From positions 124,001-188,000 of the IMG/VR virus record IMGVR_UViG_3300046559_001153: a stretch of 64,000 nt of DNA. The stretch is one strand, 5' to 3'. Positions within the stretch are counted from its first letter, which is position 1. The number at the start of each line of letters is the position of its first letter. Under the pieces are notes generated by a model. It was not told the origin of the DNA and ran no database searches. It saw only the letters and a program-made list of their open reading frames with translations. Shown piece after piece: positions 55,701 through 63,517 of this stretch. The position numbers were made by a program, and so were the translations under genes.

Positions 55701-56883
55701 CAAACTGCATTTTACGACAGCTCACATGAAGCATCCCGAGCGGTTCACTGTGGTGGCGCCAAAAAGCTTCGGTGAAAACAATCACCTGCTGCTCAACACG
55801 ACGCCGACCGAGCCGCTGCCGTACCAGAAGATCCACTACAAGAAAGTTCCGACCGAACAGGTCGAAGGAAAGTTGAAGGAGTTAGAACCCGGTTCGTCGG
55901 TGCAGGCCAAGATTGACGGTGCATCGAGCCTGGTCAAACTGCTCAAGGATCAGCTCGAACTGTATTCGTACCGGGCATCAAAGCCGACAGGAAAACCAAT
56001 CATTCACACGGAGAAGGTGTTACATGGCCGGCCTCGGATTGAGATCCCTCCTGAGTACCACAACAGCATCCTGCGCGGTGAGTTACACGGGGTCAAGCAA
56101 GACTCCGAAGGAAAAGAAACGGTTATTCATCCCAGCGAACTTGGTGGTATCCTCAACTCAACGATTGCTCACTCGCTGGCAAAACAAGAGACCTCAGGCG
56201 TTCGGCTCCGTAACGCACTGTTCGACATTCAACAGGTTGGCAACACGCCAATTGACTTCTCCAAGACGCCATATTCTGAACGTCGGGAACACTTGAAGAG
56301 CATTCTGCCGTCGCTGCCGCAGGACATTTTTCACTTGACCGACGAAGCCAAGACACCGGAAGATGCGCTGAAGTTGTGGAAAGACATTGGTAGCGGGGAT
56401 CACCCGAAAACTGAGGAAGGAATCGTTATCCACTCTCCAACGGGCAAGCCCCAGAAGGCTAAGTACATTGAAGATCACGACGTTCACATCCGCGGTATTT
56501 TCCCTGGCGAAGGCCGTCTTGCTGGAACTCATGCCGGCGGCTTTGAGTACTCTGCTGAGCCTGATGGTCCTATTCTCGGCCGTGTTGGCACTGGCTTTTC
56601 TGACGATGTTCGTCGCCAGATGCATGATCGACCTGACGATTTCGTGGGGCGGGTTGCCCGGGTGAAGTCCCAGGAGAAGTTGCAGTCGGGTGCGTTGAGA
56701 GCTCCGGCTTATATCGCTCTCCACGAAGATTACCCAGTGTCGTCGGCTTTGAATAAGGCGGCCGAGCTAGAACGCGTCCGTCTGCGTGTGAAAGAATTGG
56801 CAGAGAAAAAGGCGACCGCTTCTCCAATTTCTCTGGCCAGAGAACGCCTTCAAGCTATCCGAGCGAAAAATTTGGGCCTATAA
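52732..56883 (+). CDS. rpoC: Fusion protein: RNA polymerase beta' C-terminal half + Pro/Gly-rich linker + LigD 3'-phosphoesterase domain + ATP-dependent DNA ligase
   Basis: Beta' motifs: KSGARG, SYPEGLSPAEY..GAYGARHG...TAQSGFL, GLQAGQAISEPLSQATLSAKHAGG. PE motifs: QLH...HTDLR, SWAVPKG, H..SY, GTIPEGEYGAGTV. Ligase motifs: KIDG, RGEL, LFDI, EEGIVI, KAK, GRVGTGFSD. Start moved to ATG 52732 (AGGTAGG RBS). Confidence 0.92.
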   Translation: MPATFIGKMGQLLVNEALPEDLRNGKTLDSRGLTDLLRDVAERHPDKYRDISHKLTQLGEDAAQQLGGYSFGLNAMRRAGSANVIRDRIKSQVQSLLDNDNLSDDARESQIVKLLGQAQSEQENAVYDESLKENNPIALQIKSGARGKKMALNSLRGSDLLYVDHRDRPVPIPVLRSYPEGLSPAEYWAGAYGARHGIVSVKLGTAQSGFLAKQLNQATHRLIVTHEDDAPVDTVRGLPVPVDDNDNVGALLAHPAGGFGRNTVLTPKVLKSLHDGGIQRILVRSPTVGGAPDGGLYSRDVGIRETGGLPPKGTFSGLQAGQAISEPLSQATLSAKHAGGVAGASKSVSGFAWINALVQIPKVFPGGATHSEVDGRVQQITKAPGGGLHVQVNGLEHYVPHGLALTVAPGDAVEAGDVLSEGIPSPAEIVKHKGIGEGRRYFVDAMRKALTDSGVRNNRRNLELISRGLINHVELDAEIGEHAPDDVVPFDTIERDYEPREGSHTLPVHQAIGQYLEKPYLHHTIGTKVKSSMLPDFKHFGVESVHVHKDPPLFHPLMVRGMYNLQHDPDAMTRNLGSGLQASFLDSVHRGGGSDEKGTSYVPGLARTVDFGRIGVIRPTVVTPQRSTMKIAAGSPIAPALDPKPAPIKPLAPPQPQIKPIAPPPSPALQAKPQSVLGDSSINGFGDFFHHAGNLLRGPGYDAGMAPATAGFKNTMTPQQFGQQMRTDLPGLPNPVAPAAQPGVWDQAKAIAPGLATNLGVNVAGQQIAKNTLVRAVPRLGVGAASKLLPLGIGAAVAEPIGWLGKKTGIPGFENDAAYDTNAYRQEAEGLHYGMPAGWRQDTNRPWYIRMGDWLANDAGTAVMQPQTAVMNAFGKSSDDALGIPSRDEMGDLSKLETGKLYDLFTQLHNATKAGPHTDLRIGDPEQGLHSWAVPKGLPESGKKHLAVHQPIHEHSYGGWSGTIPEGEYGAGTVKSQIKGKALVTESGPGKLHFTTAHMKHPERFTVVAPKSFGENNHLLLNTTPTEPLPYQKIHYKKVPTEQVEGKLKELEPGSSVQAKIDGASSLVKLLKDQLELYSYRASKPTGKPIIHTEKVLHGRPRIEIPPEYHNSILRGELHGVKQDSEGKETVIHPSELGGILNSTIAHSLAKQETSGVRLRNALFDIQQVGNTPIDFSKTPYSERREHLKSILPSLPQDIFHLTDEAKTPEDALKLWKDIGSGDHPKTEEGIVIHSPTGKPQKAKYIEDHDVHIRGIFPGEGRLAGTHAGGFEYSAEPDGPILGRVGTGFSDDVRRQMHDRPDDFVGRVARVKSQEKLQSGALRAPAYIALHEDYPVSSALNKAAELERVRLRVKELAEKKATASPISLARERLQAIRAKNLGL

Positions 56884-56904
56884 TCGGTCTGAAAGGATTT
56901 CGCA

Positions 56905-57111
56905 ATGAGTCTGACCTGGATACTGTACTGGATCTTTGTCGGAATTTTCGTGCTTGGGGATACAGGTTGGATGATCTGGGCAATGAACCAGGGGACCGGT
57001 CAAGCGATGCCTCCGACGATTTTGCCGCTCATAGTAGGTATTCTCGGTGTTGGATTTTTTGTCGTTGTCGCTGTCATCATCATCGGAGTGAGAGCGTTAC
57101 TCGGGCCGTAA
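56905..57111 (+). CDS. Small membrane protein (2 TM)
   Basis: Two strongly hydrophobic helices; GAAAGGA RBS. Confidence 0.7.
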   Translation: MSLTWILYWIFVGIFVLGDTGWMIWAMNQGTGQAMPPTILPLIVGILGVGFFVVVAVIIIGVRALLGP

Positions 57112-57150
57112 ATTTTTGCTGATCGAACTTCTCGTCAAGGATGACGCCAC

Positions 57151-59652
57151 ATGTCCATTCTGCTTGCAGGTAGCCAGTCGCTCGCGAAACGCGCTAACAT
57201 CGGCGGCGATCCTGAAGGGAACTTCGAACAATCGTTCGCCTCGCTGGGCTATAACTTCCTGAGTGAAAAAGCCCCCAGGCTGCTCGAGCACATGCTGGGC
57301 TTCCAGCTGCTTGACCGCAACGACGACATGTCACGAGCTGTCGGCGTTTATGGTTTCCAGGCTGATACCAAGCGACTGTACATGCCTTTGTTTTTCCTGA
57401 ATGGGGAACTTCGCGGCCAGGAATTGCTCTTCGTTCAGAACAAGGACGAGGGGCAGTTTGTCCCCATGAAGGAGAACTGGGTCAACTTCCTGCTCAGCAA
57501 GTCGCCACACATCATGGGCGAGGCGTCGCAGAAGGATGTGTTCCAGATGGGCGGGATGTGGCCGGACCTGCGTCCATTCACGAACGCTTACCGCGGTAGC
57601 AAATACTCATGCGACATGCCGCGTATCCAAGAGTGGGCCAAGCCGTTCATGCCCGTCTATGCTCGTCTCTGTACGACCAACCCTCTGCGTGACACTCGTT
57701 ACGCGAAGATCGCGACAGCCCAAAACCTGCTGAGCGAATCTCCGATGGCCGTGAAAATGGCCATCGATCTGTGTGACCGATTCCCGAACGTCAAGGCGGC
57801 CATGCACCGGTGTTACGGAGCGGACGTCTTTGAGAAGGCTCTACTGACCATCAAAGCCCGACTGACCAAAGAGGCGTCGGATCGAGGCAGCATTCTCTCG
57901 TTCAAGCCGCAGAAGGTGGCAGTCGCGCGTTCCCGATCGAGCATACTGCCCGACCTGACCCCCCAGGACCCCGTTAAGCTGGGGGCTTTGAAGATTATGC
58001 GGGTCGATCCGAATGAACGTTTTACGCACAACATTCCCGATCGATCACGCGAAGAGGCCACTGGCGACACCCGCCGCGGCGCCGTCGTGATCACCGACAA
58101 ACGCTTGCCGCAGGACAAGTCGACCCTGTACAACACGGCGATCCATACGGCCTACACGAATCCAACTCGATCTTCCCTGGCTGAGGTGCTGGCCGGGGCC
58201 GGCAAGTTCGAGAAGTGCCTGATCATCCATCGCCCATACTCCGGCAAGGGGCAGCACACCTTCGTGACTGTCGTCCGAGCGGAAGGTCAAAGTTCAGCCC
58301 GCAACTGGATCAACTCGGACGCTACGAACATTTACGTTCGCCAGCCGATTGAAAGCCAGTTCGATTTCAAGACCTGGTTCGACGGATTGTCGTCCGCCAA
58401 GATGACCAAGGACAGCACGTATGTCGCGCTGACCGGTGACGGCCGCGGTACATTGCCGTTTACAGTGAACAGCGTTCTGGATGATGACTGTTACCGAGTC
58501 CAATACGAGACCGGACACAAGCGACCACAGTACGCTCACATGTCGCGAAATTACAGCACCAACGGATTGGGCGACCGCGACACGCCGCCCAATCCGTCGG
58601 GTTACACGGATTACAATGCCTTGCTGCATTTGAACGGCCGTAAGGGCTCCAGCATCCACGCCGTTGGTGGCGAACTGTGGATCCCCGACAGCGCTAAAAT
58701 CCTCAAGATCCAAGACCCATTTGACCCAGAAGATGACAGTGACGAAGACTCAATTTCGCCGCTCCAGCCTGGCAACCTGATTGACGTGCAGAATCAGATC
58801 TACCAGAAAACAGCGTCCCTCAAGCTCTGGACGGTTGGGTCAGACGAAATCGCTCTGTCGACAAAGTTTGGCACGCGCCGCATGAGCAAACAAGCCGCTT
58901 ACGTGGCGATGGTTGCTGACCTTGGGCTGGGGATTGATGATGCAGACGCGGCCATGGACAAAGTGACCAAAGCCGGTTCGGCCAAGTTCAGGATTCTGTA
59001 CGGACCGTTCTACCAGAAGCGGGCTGACGCGTGGCCCGGCTACGGCGGCGACCTGCTTGATCAGGGCCCGAGTGCTCCCCGAGAAGGGCCGCCACCGACC
59101 GGATCCGGCTTCCCGTGGTACGGCGGAGCGATCAACAAGTATCCGCAGGAGGAGTACCTGGAAGTTCCAGGACTCAATGCCTACTCAACCAATCCCTGGA
59201 TCTACGATCCCACTCGTATCCCCGATCCAGGGACTGGCCCCGGCGCCTACGGCACAGACCAGGCCGGGTCGGGAAGCTTCTCTCAGGGTCAGGATTCGTC
59301 ATCCCAGGGCGTCCAAAATGCGGCGGCATCTGGCCAGAAGGAAGTCTTCGATACGACCATCTTGAGCAACCTGCTCAACTCGGTTCGACAGGAGAGCGTG
59401 GTCGATCGCTACTTGAGCGACCTGATGACTGGGCTTGACCGAATCGGGCGTATTCTGTTCAGCTTCTACTGGCACATGGATGACGTCAAAGAGCACTACG
59501 GTGCGGCCGAGACGCCCGATCTCATCGATGCCATGCGAAATGCGTTTGAAGAATGCGGCGACGTCACGTTGAAACTTCGTCAGAACTCGATGAACCCTGA
59601 CATGGGTGAAATGGGATCGCCGAACGTTGAAGACGTGGCTCGTGCTGACTGA
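57151..59652 (+). CDS. Large conserved putative virion protein
   Basis: 833 aa with multiple KxA motifs (KRAN, KIAT, KEAS, KTAS, KRAD). Confidence 0.78.
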   Translation: MSILLAGSQSLAKRANIGGDPEGNFEQSFASLGYNFLSEKAPRLLEHMLGFQLLDRNDDMSRAVGVYGFQADTKRLYMPLFFLNGELRGQELLFVQNKDEGQFVPMKENWVNFLLSKSPHIMGEASQKDVFQMGGMWPDLRPFTNAYRGSKYSCDMPRIQEWAKPFMPVYARLCTTNPLRDTRYAKIATAQNLLSESPMAVKMAIDLCDRFPNVKAAMHRCYGADVFEKALLTIKARLTKEASDRGSILSFKPQKVAVARSRSSILPDLTPQDPVKLGALKIMRVDPNERFTHNIPDRSREEATGDTRRGAVVITDKRLPQDKSTLYNTAIHTAYTNPTRSSLAEVLAGAGKFEKCLIIHRPYSGKGQHTFVTVVRAEGQSSARNWINSDATNIYVRQPIESQFDFKTWFDGLSSAKMTKDSTYVALTGDGRGTLPFTVNSVLDDDCYRVQYETGHKRPQYAHMSRNYSTNGLGDRDTPPNPSGYTDYNALLHLNGRKGSSIHAVGGELWIPDSAKILKIQDPFDPEDDSDEDSISPLQPGNLIDVQNQIYQKTASLKLWTVGSDEIALSTKFGTRRMSKQAAYVAMVADLGLGIDDADAAMDKVTKAGSAKFRILYGPFYQKRADAWPGYGGDLLDQGPSAPREGPPPTGSGFPWYGGAINKYPQEEYLEVPGLNAYSTNPWIYDPTRIPDPGTGPGAYGTDQAGSGSFSQGQDSSSQGVQNAAASGQKEVFDTTILSNLLNSVRQESVVDRYLSDLMTGLDRIGRILFSFYWHMDDVKEHYGAAETPDLIDAMRNAFEECGDVTLKLRQNSMNPDMGEMGSPNVEDVARAD

Positions 59653-59654
59653 CG

Positions 59655-59672
59655 TAACTTTTTGAAAAGTTA
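59655..59672. promoter_or_regulatory. Palindromic motif, copy 6
   Basis: TAACTTTTTGAAAAGTTA, 14 nt before ATG 59687. Confidence 0.8.
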
Positions 59673-59686
59673 ACGAGGGAAAATCG

Positions 59687-60127
59687 ATGGCCGTTCCTTA
59701 TGAAACACTGGCTTCTGACCTGAATGTGTCAGGGGGCCAGGTCAACTGTTTTCCGATTCCGTTCCCCAGCCGAACATTCATCGGCAAGCTGATCGTTTTG
59801 CAAACTGGTGGTGCCGGATGCACGTTCACTGTTAACGTGTACAACCGCGTGACCGCCTGCGAAAAGATCTCGATCGCCAATGACCAGGGTAGTGGTCCAG
59901 GCCCTGATCCGGCCCCGCTGTACATGGTCATGCCTCCCTTGACCAACATCTACCCGATTCACTTTGTGTCAGCCTTCGCTCAGGGCGGATTGGGCTGGCC
60001 GTTCTTCAATATGGACGGCGATATCGGATTCGGCAATCCTCACATGATCTATCTTCAGATCGCCCCGCAGGGGTCTGGTCCCAAGGAATTTGCCGCTTCG
60101 ATTAACGGCGCCAGCGATCTTAACTGA
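59687..60127 (+). CDS. Hypothetical beta-rich protein, possibly structural
   Basis: 146 aa with a GAGGG RBS. Confidence 0.65.
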   Translation: MAVPYETLASDLNVSGGQVNCFPIPFPSRTFIGKLIVLQTGGAGCTFTVNVYNRVTACEKISIANDQGSGPGPDPAPLYMVMPPLTNIYPIHFVSAFAQGGLGWPFFNMDGDIGFGNPHMIYLQIAPQGSGPKEFAASINGASDLN

Positions 60128-60136
60128 CGAGCAAGA

Positions 60137-61171
60137 ATGCCTGTTCTCACCGACTTGGCCTACAAAGGGCCCGAACTCACTACTGACGACATGGTTTTTG
60201 GGGACGCGACCCTGCGGCCTGACTGGCGGTGGGAACGAGTCCTGGACATGGTCAACCATTCACCGTGCCCATTACGCAACAAGCGATTCGACGACTCGTA
60301 CGTCCGCACCATGCGACAGTACATGCTGCAGAACCGCGGCGACAACGAAGAGCGTAAAAAGAATCTGTTTTTCGAGTACCCGGGTTGCTACCACGCGTTG
60401 AAATTGCATCAGGATGTCGACGGGGCCGATATGCGATTGTTTCTGCAATCGCGGTTCCTGGCCAGACAATCCATTCCCGATATCGCGAGATACACGGGCA
60501 TGTTACCCATCTCGATTGAATGGTACGAGAAGCTGTTCTTCAATGTCTCGGACAGGATCAGCGATCAAGACTGGATCTTGCGGCATATCCTTGGCCCCGA
60601 AGCCAGCCGACAACTCAATAACTACGAACTGGCCATTAAAATGCTAGCTTACCACGGGGGTGTCAGCGTCCTTAACTTCATGCTGACAGGCTGTCGAGAG
60701 CTGGAACATCCGCAGACACCAGAAGAAGTCATCAACTATGTCACCGACTATGCCGTCGACGGAATCATCCGCAAAGCGGCTCTGGCGGTTTACTGCTACA
60801 CGCCCAACAAGTATAAAATAGAACAGCTGTTGGACATGGCTCGTCAGGCCAAAGCCGATATGAAGGCCAAGGAAGACGAGACAGATCGAATCGAAATGGT
60901 CGCGGGTGCTGTGCGACATACGTTAGAGGCGATCGAATTCATCAAGGGTGACATGGCTGAGGATTGGTTGAGAGCCAGGTCACCGCAGTTGCTTGAGTAT
61001 GACGGTTTTGCGGCCGAGTTACGCGATCAACAGGTTTACGCGGTCGTGACAGGCAATCTGGCGTCTGTCGAACACATGCGACACAGGAAGTTCCCGGAAG
61101 CACCGAAGCGCGAATCCAAGTTGCTAACAGCCAAGGATGGCAAGCATGAAGACCCTCTCGAAACAAGCTGA
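60137..61171 (+). CDS. Conserved hypothetical protein
   Basis: 344-aa ORF. Confidence 0.75.
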   Translation: MPVLTDLAYKGPELTTDDMVFGDATLRPDWRWERVLDMVNHSPCPLRNKRFDDSYVRTMRQYMLQNRGDNEERKKNLFFEYPGCYHALKLHQDVDGADMRLFLQSRFLARQSIPDIARYTGMLPISIEWYEKLFFNVSDRISDQDWILRHILGPEASRQLNNYELAIKMLAYHGGVSVLNFMLTGCRELEHPQTPEEVINYVTDYAVDGIIRKAALAVYCYTPNKYKIEQLLDMARQAKADMKAKEDETDRIEMVAGAVRHTLEAIEFIKGDMAEDWLRARSPQLLEYDGFAAELRDQQVYAVVTGNLASVEHMRHRKFPEAPKRESKLLTAKDGKHEDPLETS

Positions 61172-62414
61172 GACTCAGCTTCTGTCGGCTGTCAAAAACG
61201 TTGTCGGACACGTCGACAATGGGGATGACCCGACTGACGCCGTGGTCAAAGTGGCTCAAGAGCTGGAATTGCCCCGCGGGCATCTGCAGCTGCTTTGCAG
61301 CGCGTACAACACGGGTCGCGTGAACGCCCAGAGGAAGATGGCAGCTGCCAGCATCATGGAGCGGTTTGAGGATATCCCGCTGGCTGACCACGAGAAGGCC
61401 GCCCAACAGATCTGGCCTGACAAAATTGAAACACCGTCCGAGCGCCTGAGCAAAACAGCCGTCTCGGACGATTACCGAAAAGCTCCGCACTGGTTAGCAC
61501 CGTGTCTGACTAGCCCTCCTGCGCGAAAAGCAGCCAGTGCGGAGCCTCTTGTTCTTACCCCGGCGCAACGCAAAGACGCCGCCTGGAAGACGATCCTTGA
61601 CGGCCAACGCCGCATTCAAGACGTCCGTCCCAAGTCGTCGGCCGCCCGTGACAACATGGTCGCCTCGATGCAGACGCTGACCGGATACTTCAAACGGGCC
61701 AATTGTCTGCCGTTTTCCGAGGTGCATTACGCAGTCGCGTCAGATCCCGCGGCCGAAGCTCTGATGCAGGTCGTGGGTGCCAGCCTGGGACGTGAGAAGC
61801 AGGCGGCAGTTGTCCCCCGAGTGATGCACTCGGTTGTCTGGACAGAGGCCCCGTACACACTGATCAAAGAAGCCCTGGCCGCCTGCGAGTTGGCCGTTAA
61901 CGCCCGTCGTGAACTGGTTGAACTTGAAGCCAGTATTAAGACGGCCCGAGAGGAGGTATACGGCCCCTCTGGGGCCCATAAAAGTGGGTCTGAAAAAGTG
62001 GGGGCTGGAGGATCTATTTTCGGGACAGCGCTTGGAACCACTTTCGGGTCAACATTGCCTAAGCCCAAATCTACGGGCGAAAGAGTTGAGTCTGCTGTCA
62101 CCGCGTTAGACGATCCGGATCACGAAAACGCTATGCGTAACATCCAGATCACGGCCATGCTGCGAGACATGATGTCGAATGACGAAGTGATCAAGGGCTA
62201 CGAGCCGGAAGAGGTTCTGCACGCCTACAATCAAATCTCGCAGACAGCACCAACTGTCGCCATGCACTCGATCGCTCTCGGACCTGAGCTTCGATCTGTC
62301 CTGCAGCGCAACCGGGCACCGCACGAGACGTCACAACTGGTCGGTCTGGAGAAGGATCTTCGCGGACTACGGCCGCCACTCGGGGCGGCGCCTGAAAAGA
62401 AGGACACGAAATGA
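61146..62414 (+). CDS. Putative virion protein rich in KxA motifs
   Basis: KQAE, KMAA, KTAV, KAAS, KDAA, KRAN, EKQAAV. Confidence 0.75.
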   Translation: MKTLSKQAETQLLSAVKNVVGHVDNGDDPTDAVVKVAQELELPRGHLQLLCSAYNTGRVNAQRKMAAASIMERFEDIPLADHEKAAQQIWPDKIETPSERLSKTAVSDDYRKAPHWLAPCLTSPPARKAASAEPLVLTPAQRKDAAWKTILDGQRRIQDVRPKSSAARDNMVASMQTLTGYFKRANCLPFSEVHYAVASDPAAEALMQVVGASLGREKQAAVVPRVMHSVVWTEAPYTLIKEALAACELAVNARRELVELEASIKTAREEVYGPSGAHKSGSEKVGAGGSIFGTALGTTFGSTLPKPKSTGERVESAVTALDDPDHENAMRNIQITAMLRDMMSNDEVIKGYEPEEVLHAYNQISQTAPTVAMHSIALGPELRSVLQRNRAPHETSQLVGLEKDLRGLRPPLGAAPEKKDTK

Positions 62415-63511
62415 CGCCCGCAACGCCGCTGGAAGCCACGACGATCAAGGAAGCTGCCGAGATGCTGGCGAAGCGAATCGTTCTGATTCGTCTTACCAAG
62501 CAGGCGGCTGGTTTGTCGGACTACGTCGAGCCGTATGTGAACAAGGCAACCGAGTTCCTCGACAAGACAGCACCACAGGTTGGCAAATTCTACAGCGAGA
62601 ACGCGACGCCCATTCACGCCGGATTGGGTGGGGCTGCCTTGGGGGCAGCAATGGGTGGTCTCTCCGGTCTGACGAGCCCCGACGAGGATCGACGTAACCC
62701 GGGCCGAAGTGCCCTCATGGGCGGATTGGCCGGCGGTGCGGTGGGCGGGGGTCTCGGACTGTTAGCTCAGCACGGGCCTGCTCTGAAGAAGTTGTTTGGC
62801 GCATCGAAGTCGATCGATACGGCAAAGAGTGAGGCGGATGCCTCTGGCGGTTTGATCCGCCAGTATCTCCCTCCTATGAAGCCTGACGCGACGGATCCGA
62901 CTCGAGCTGGATTGCTGGCCCAGACGCTCGGTGGTGATTATGCTGGCACGACAGCCAAAGTAGTTGCCCCAGCCGCGATAGGGATCGAGAGCGGGATCGG
63001 GTTCAACAATTGGAGAAATGCTCACAATCCATTGACTACGAAAAATATCCGAACCGGTGCTAGCGAGTTTTTGGGTAAAAAGGATTTTGGCGGACTAGCC
63101 AGCACGCTGAATGTTCATCCAAATGTCGGATCGCCGTCAACCTGGATGGGTGCACCCGACGATATCGCAAAGAAAATGGAAGCAGCATTAACCAATTTGC
63201 AGACTGACAAAGCTCCATTTTGGGGCGGCGGGATACACTCCCCTCGAGGGATGGGCAGTTCCTACATGAAAGAGCTTGGCGGATTGCACGGTCCACCGGG
63301 CTGGTATGACAAAACAATGACAGCGATCGGCAACGCTGGAATGAAAGCCAACGCGGTAGAAGCCAGTTCAGCTGGCGGCATGCTAAGACGAGGCGCCGGC
63401 TTCGGCGGGCGTATGCTCGGATACGCGGCTTTGCCTGCTCTGGCCAGCTACTATCAACCACCCGTCGCTCCAGTTCTTAAACCCGGTCTGACAGATCTCC
63501 TGAAGAGATAA
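62411..63511 (+). CDS. Putative virion internal protein with glycine zippers
   Basis: KEAAE, KQAAG, GLGGAALGAAMGGLSG, GGLAGGAVGGGLG. Confidence 0.72.
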   Translation: MTPATPLEATTIKEAAEMLAKRIVLIRLTKQAAGLSDYVEPYVNKATEFLDKTAPQVGKFYSENATPIHAGLGGAALGAAMGGLSGLTSPDEDRRNPGRSALMGGLAGGAVGGGLGLLAQHGPALKKLFGASKSIDTAKSEADASGGLIRQYLPPMKPDATDPTRAGLLAQTLGGDYAGTTAKVVAPAAIGIESGIGFNNWRNAHNPLTTKNIRTGASEFLGKKDFGGLASTLNVHPNVGSPSTWMGAPDDIAKKMEAALTNLQTDKAPFWGGGIHSPRGMGSSYMKELGGLHGPPGWYDKTMTAIGNAGMKANAVEASSAGGMLRRGAGFGGRMLGYAALPALASYYQPPVAPVLKPGLTDLLKR

Positions 63512-63517
63512 ACTCCC

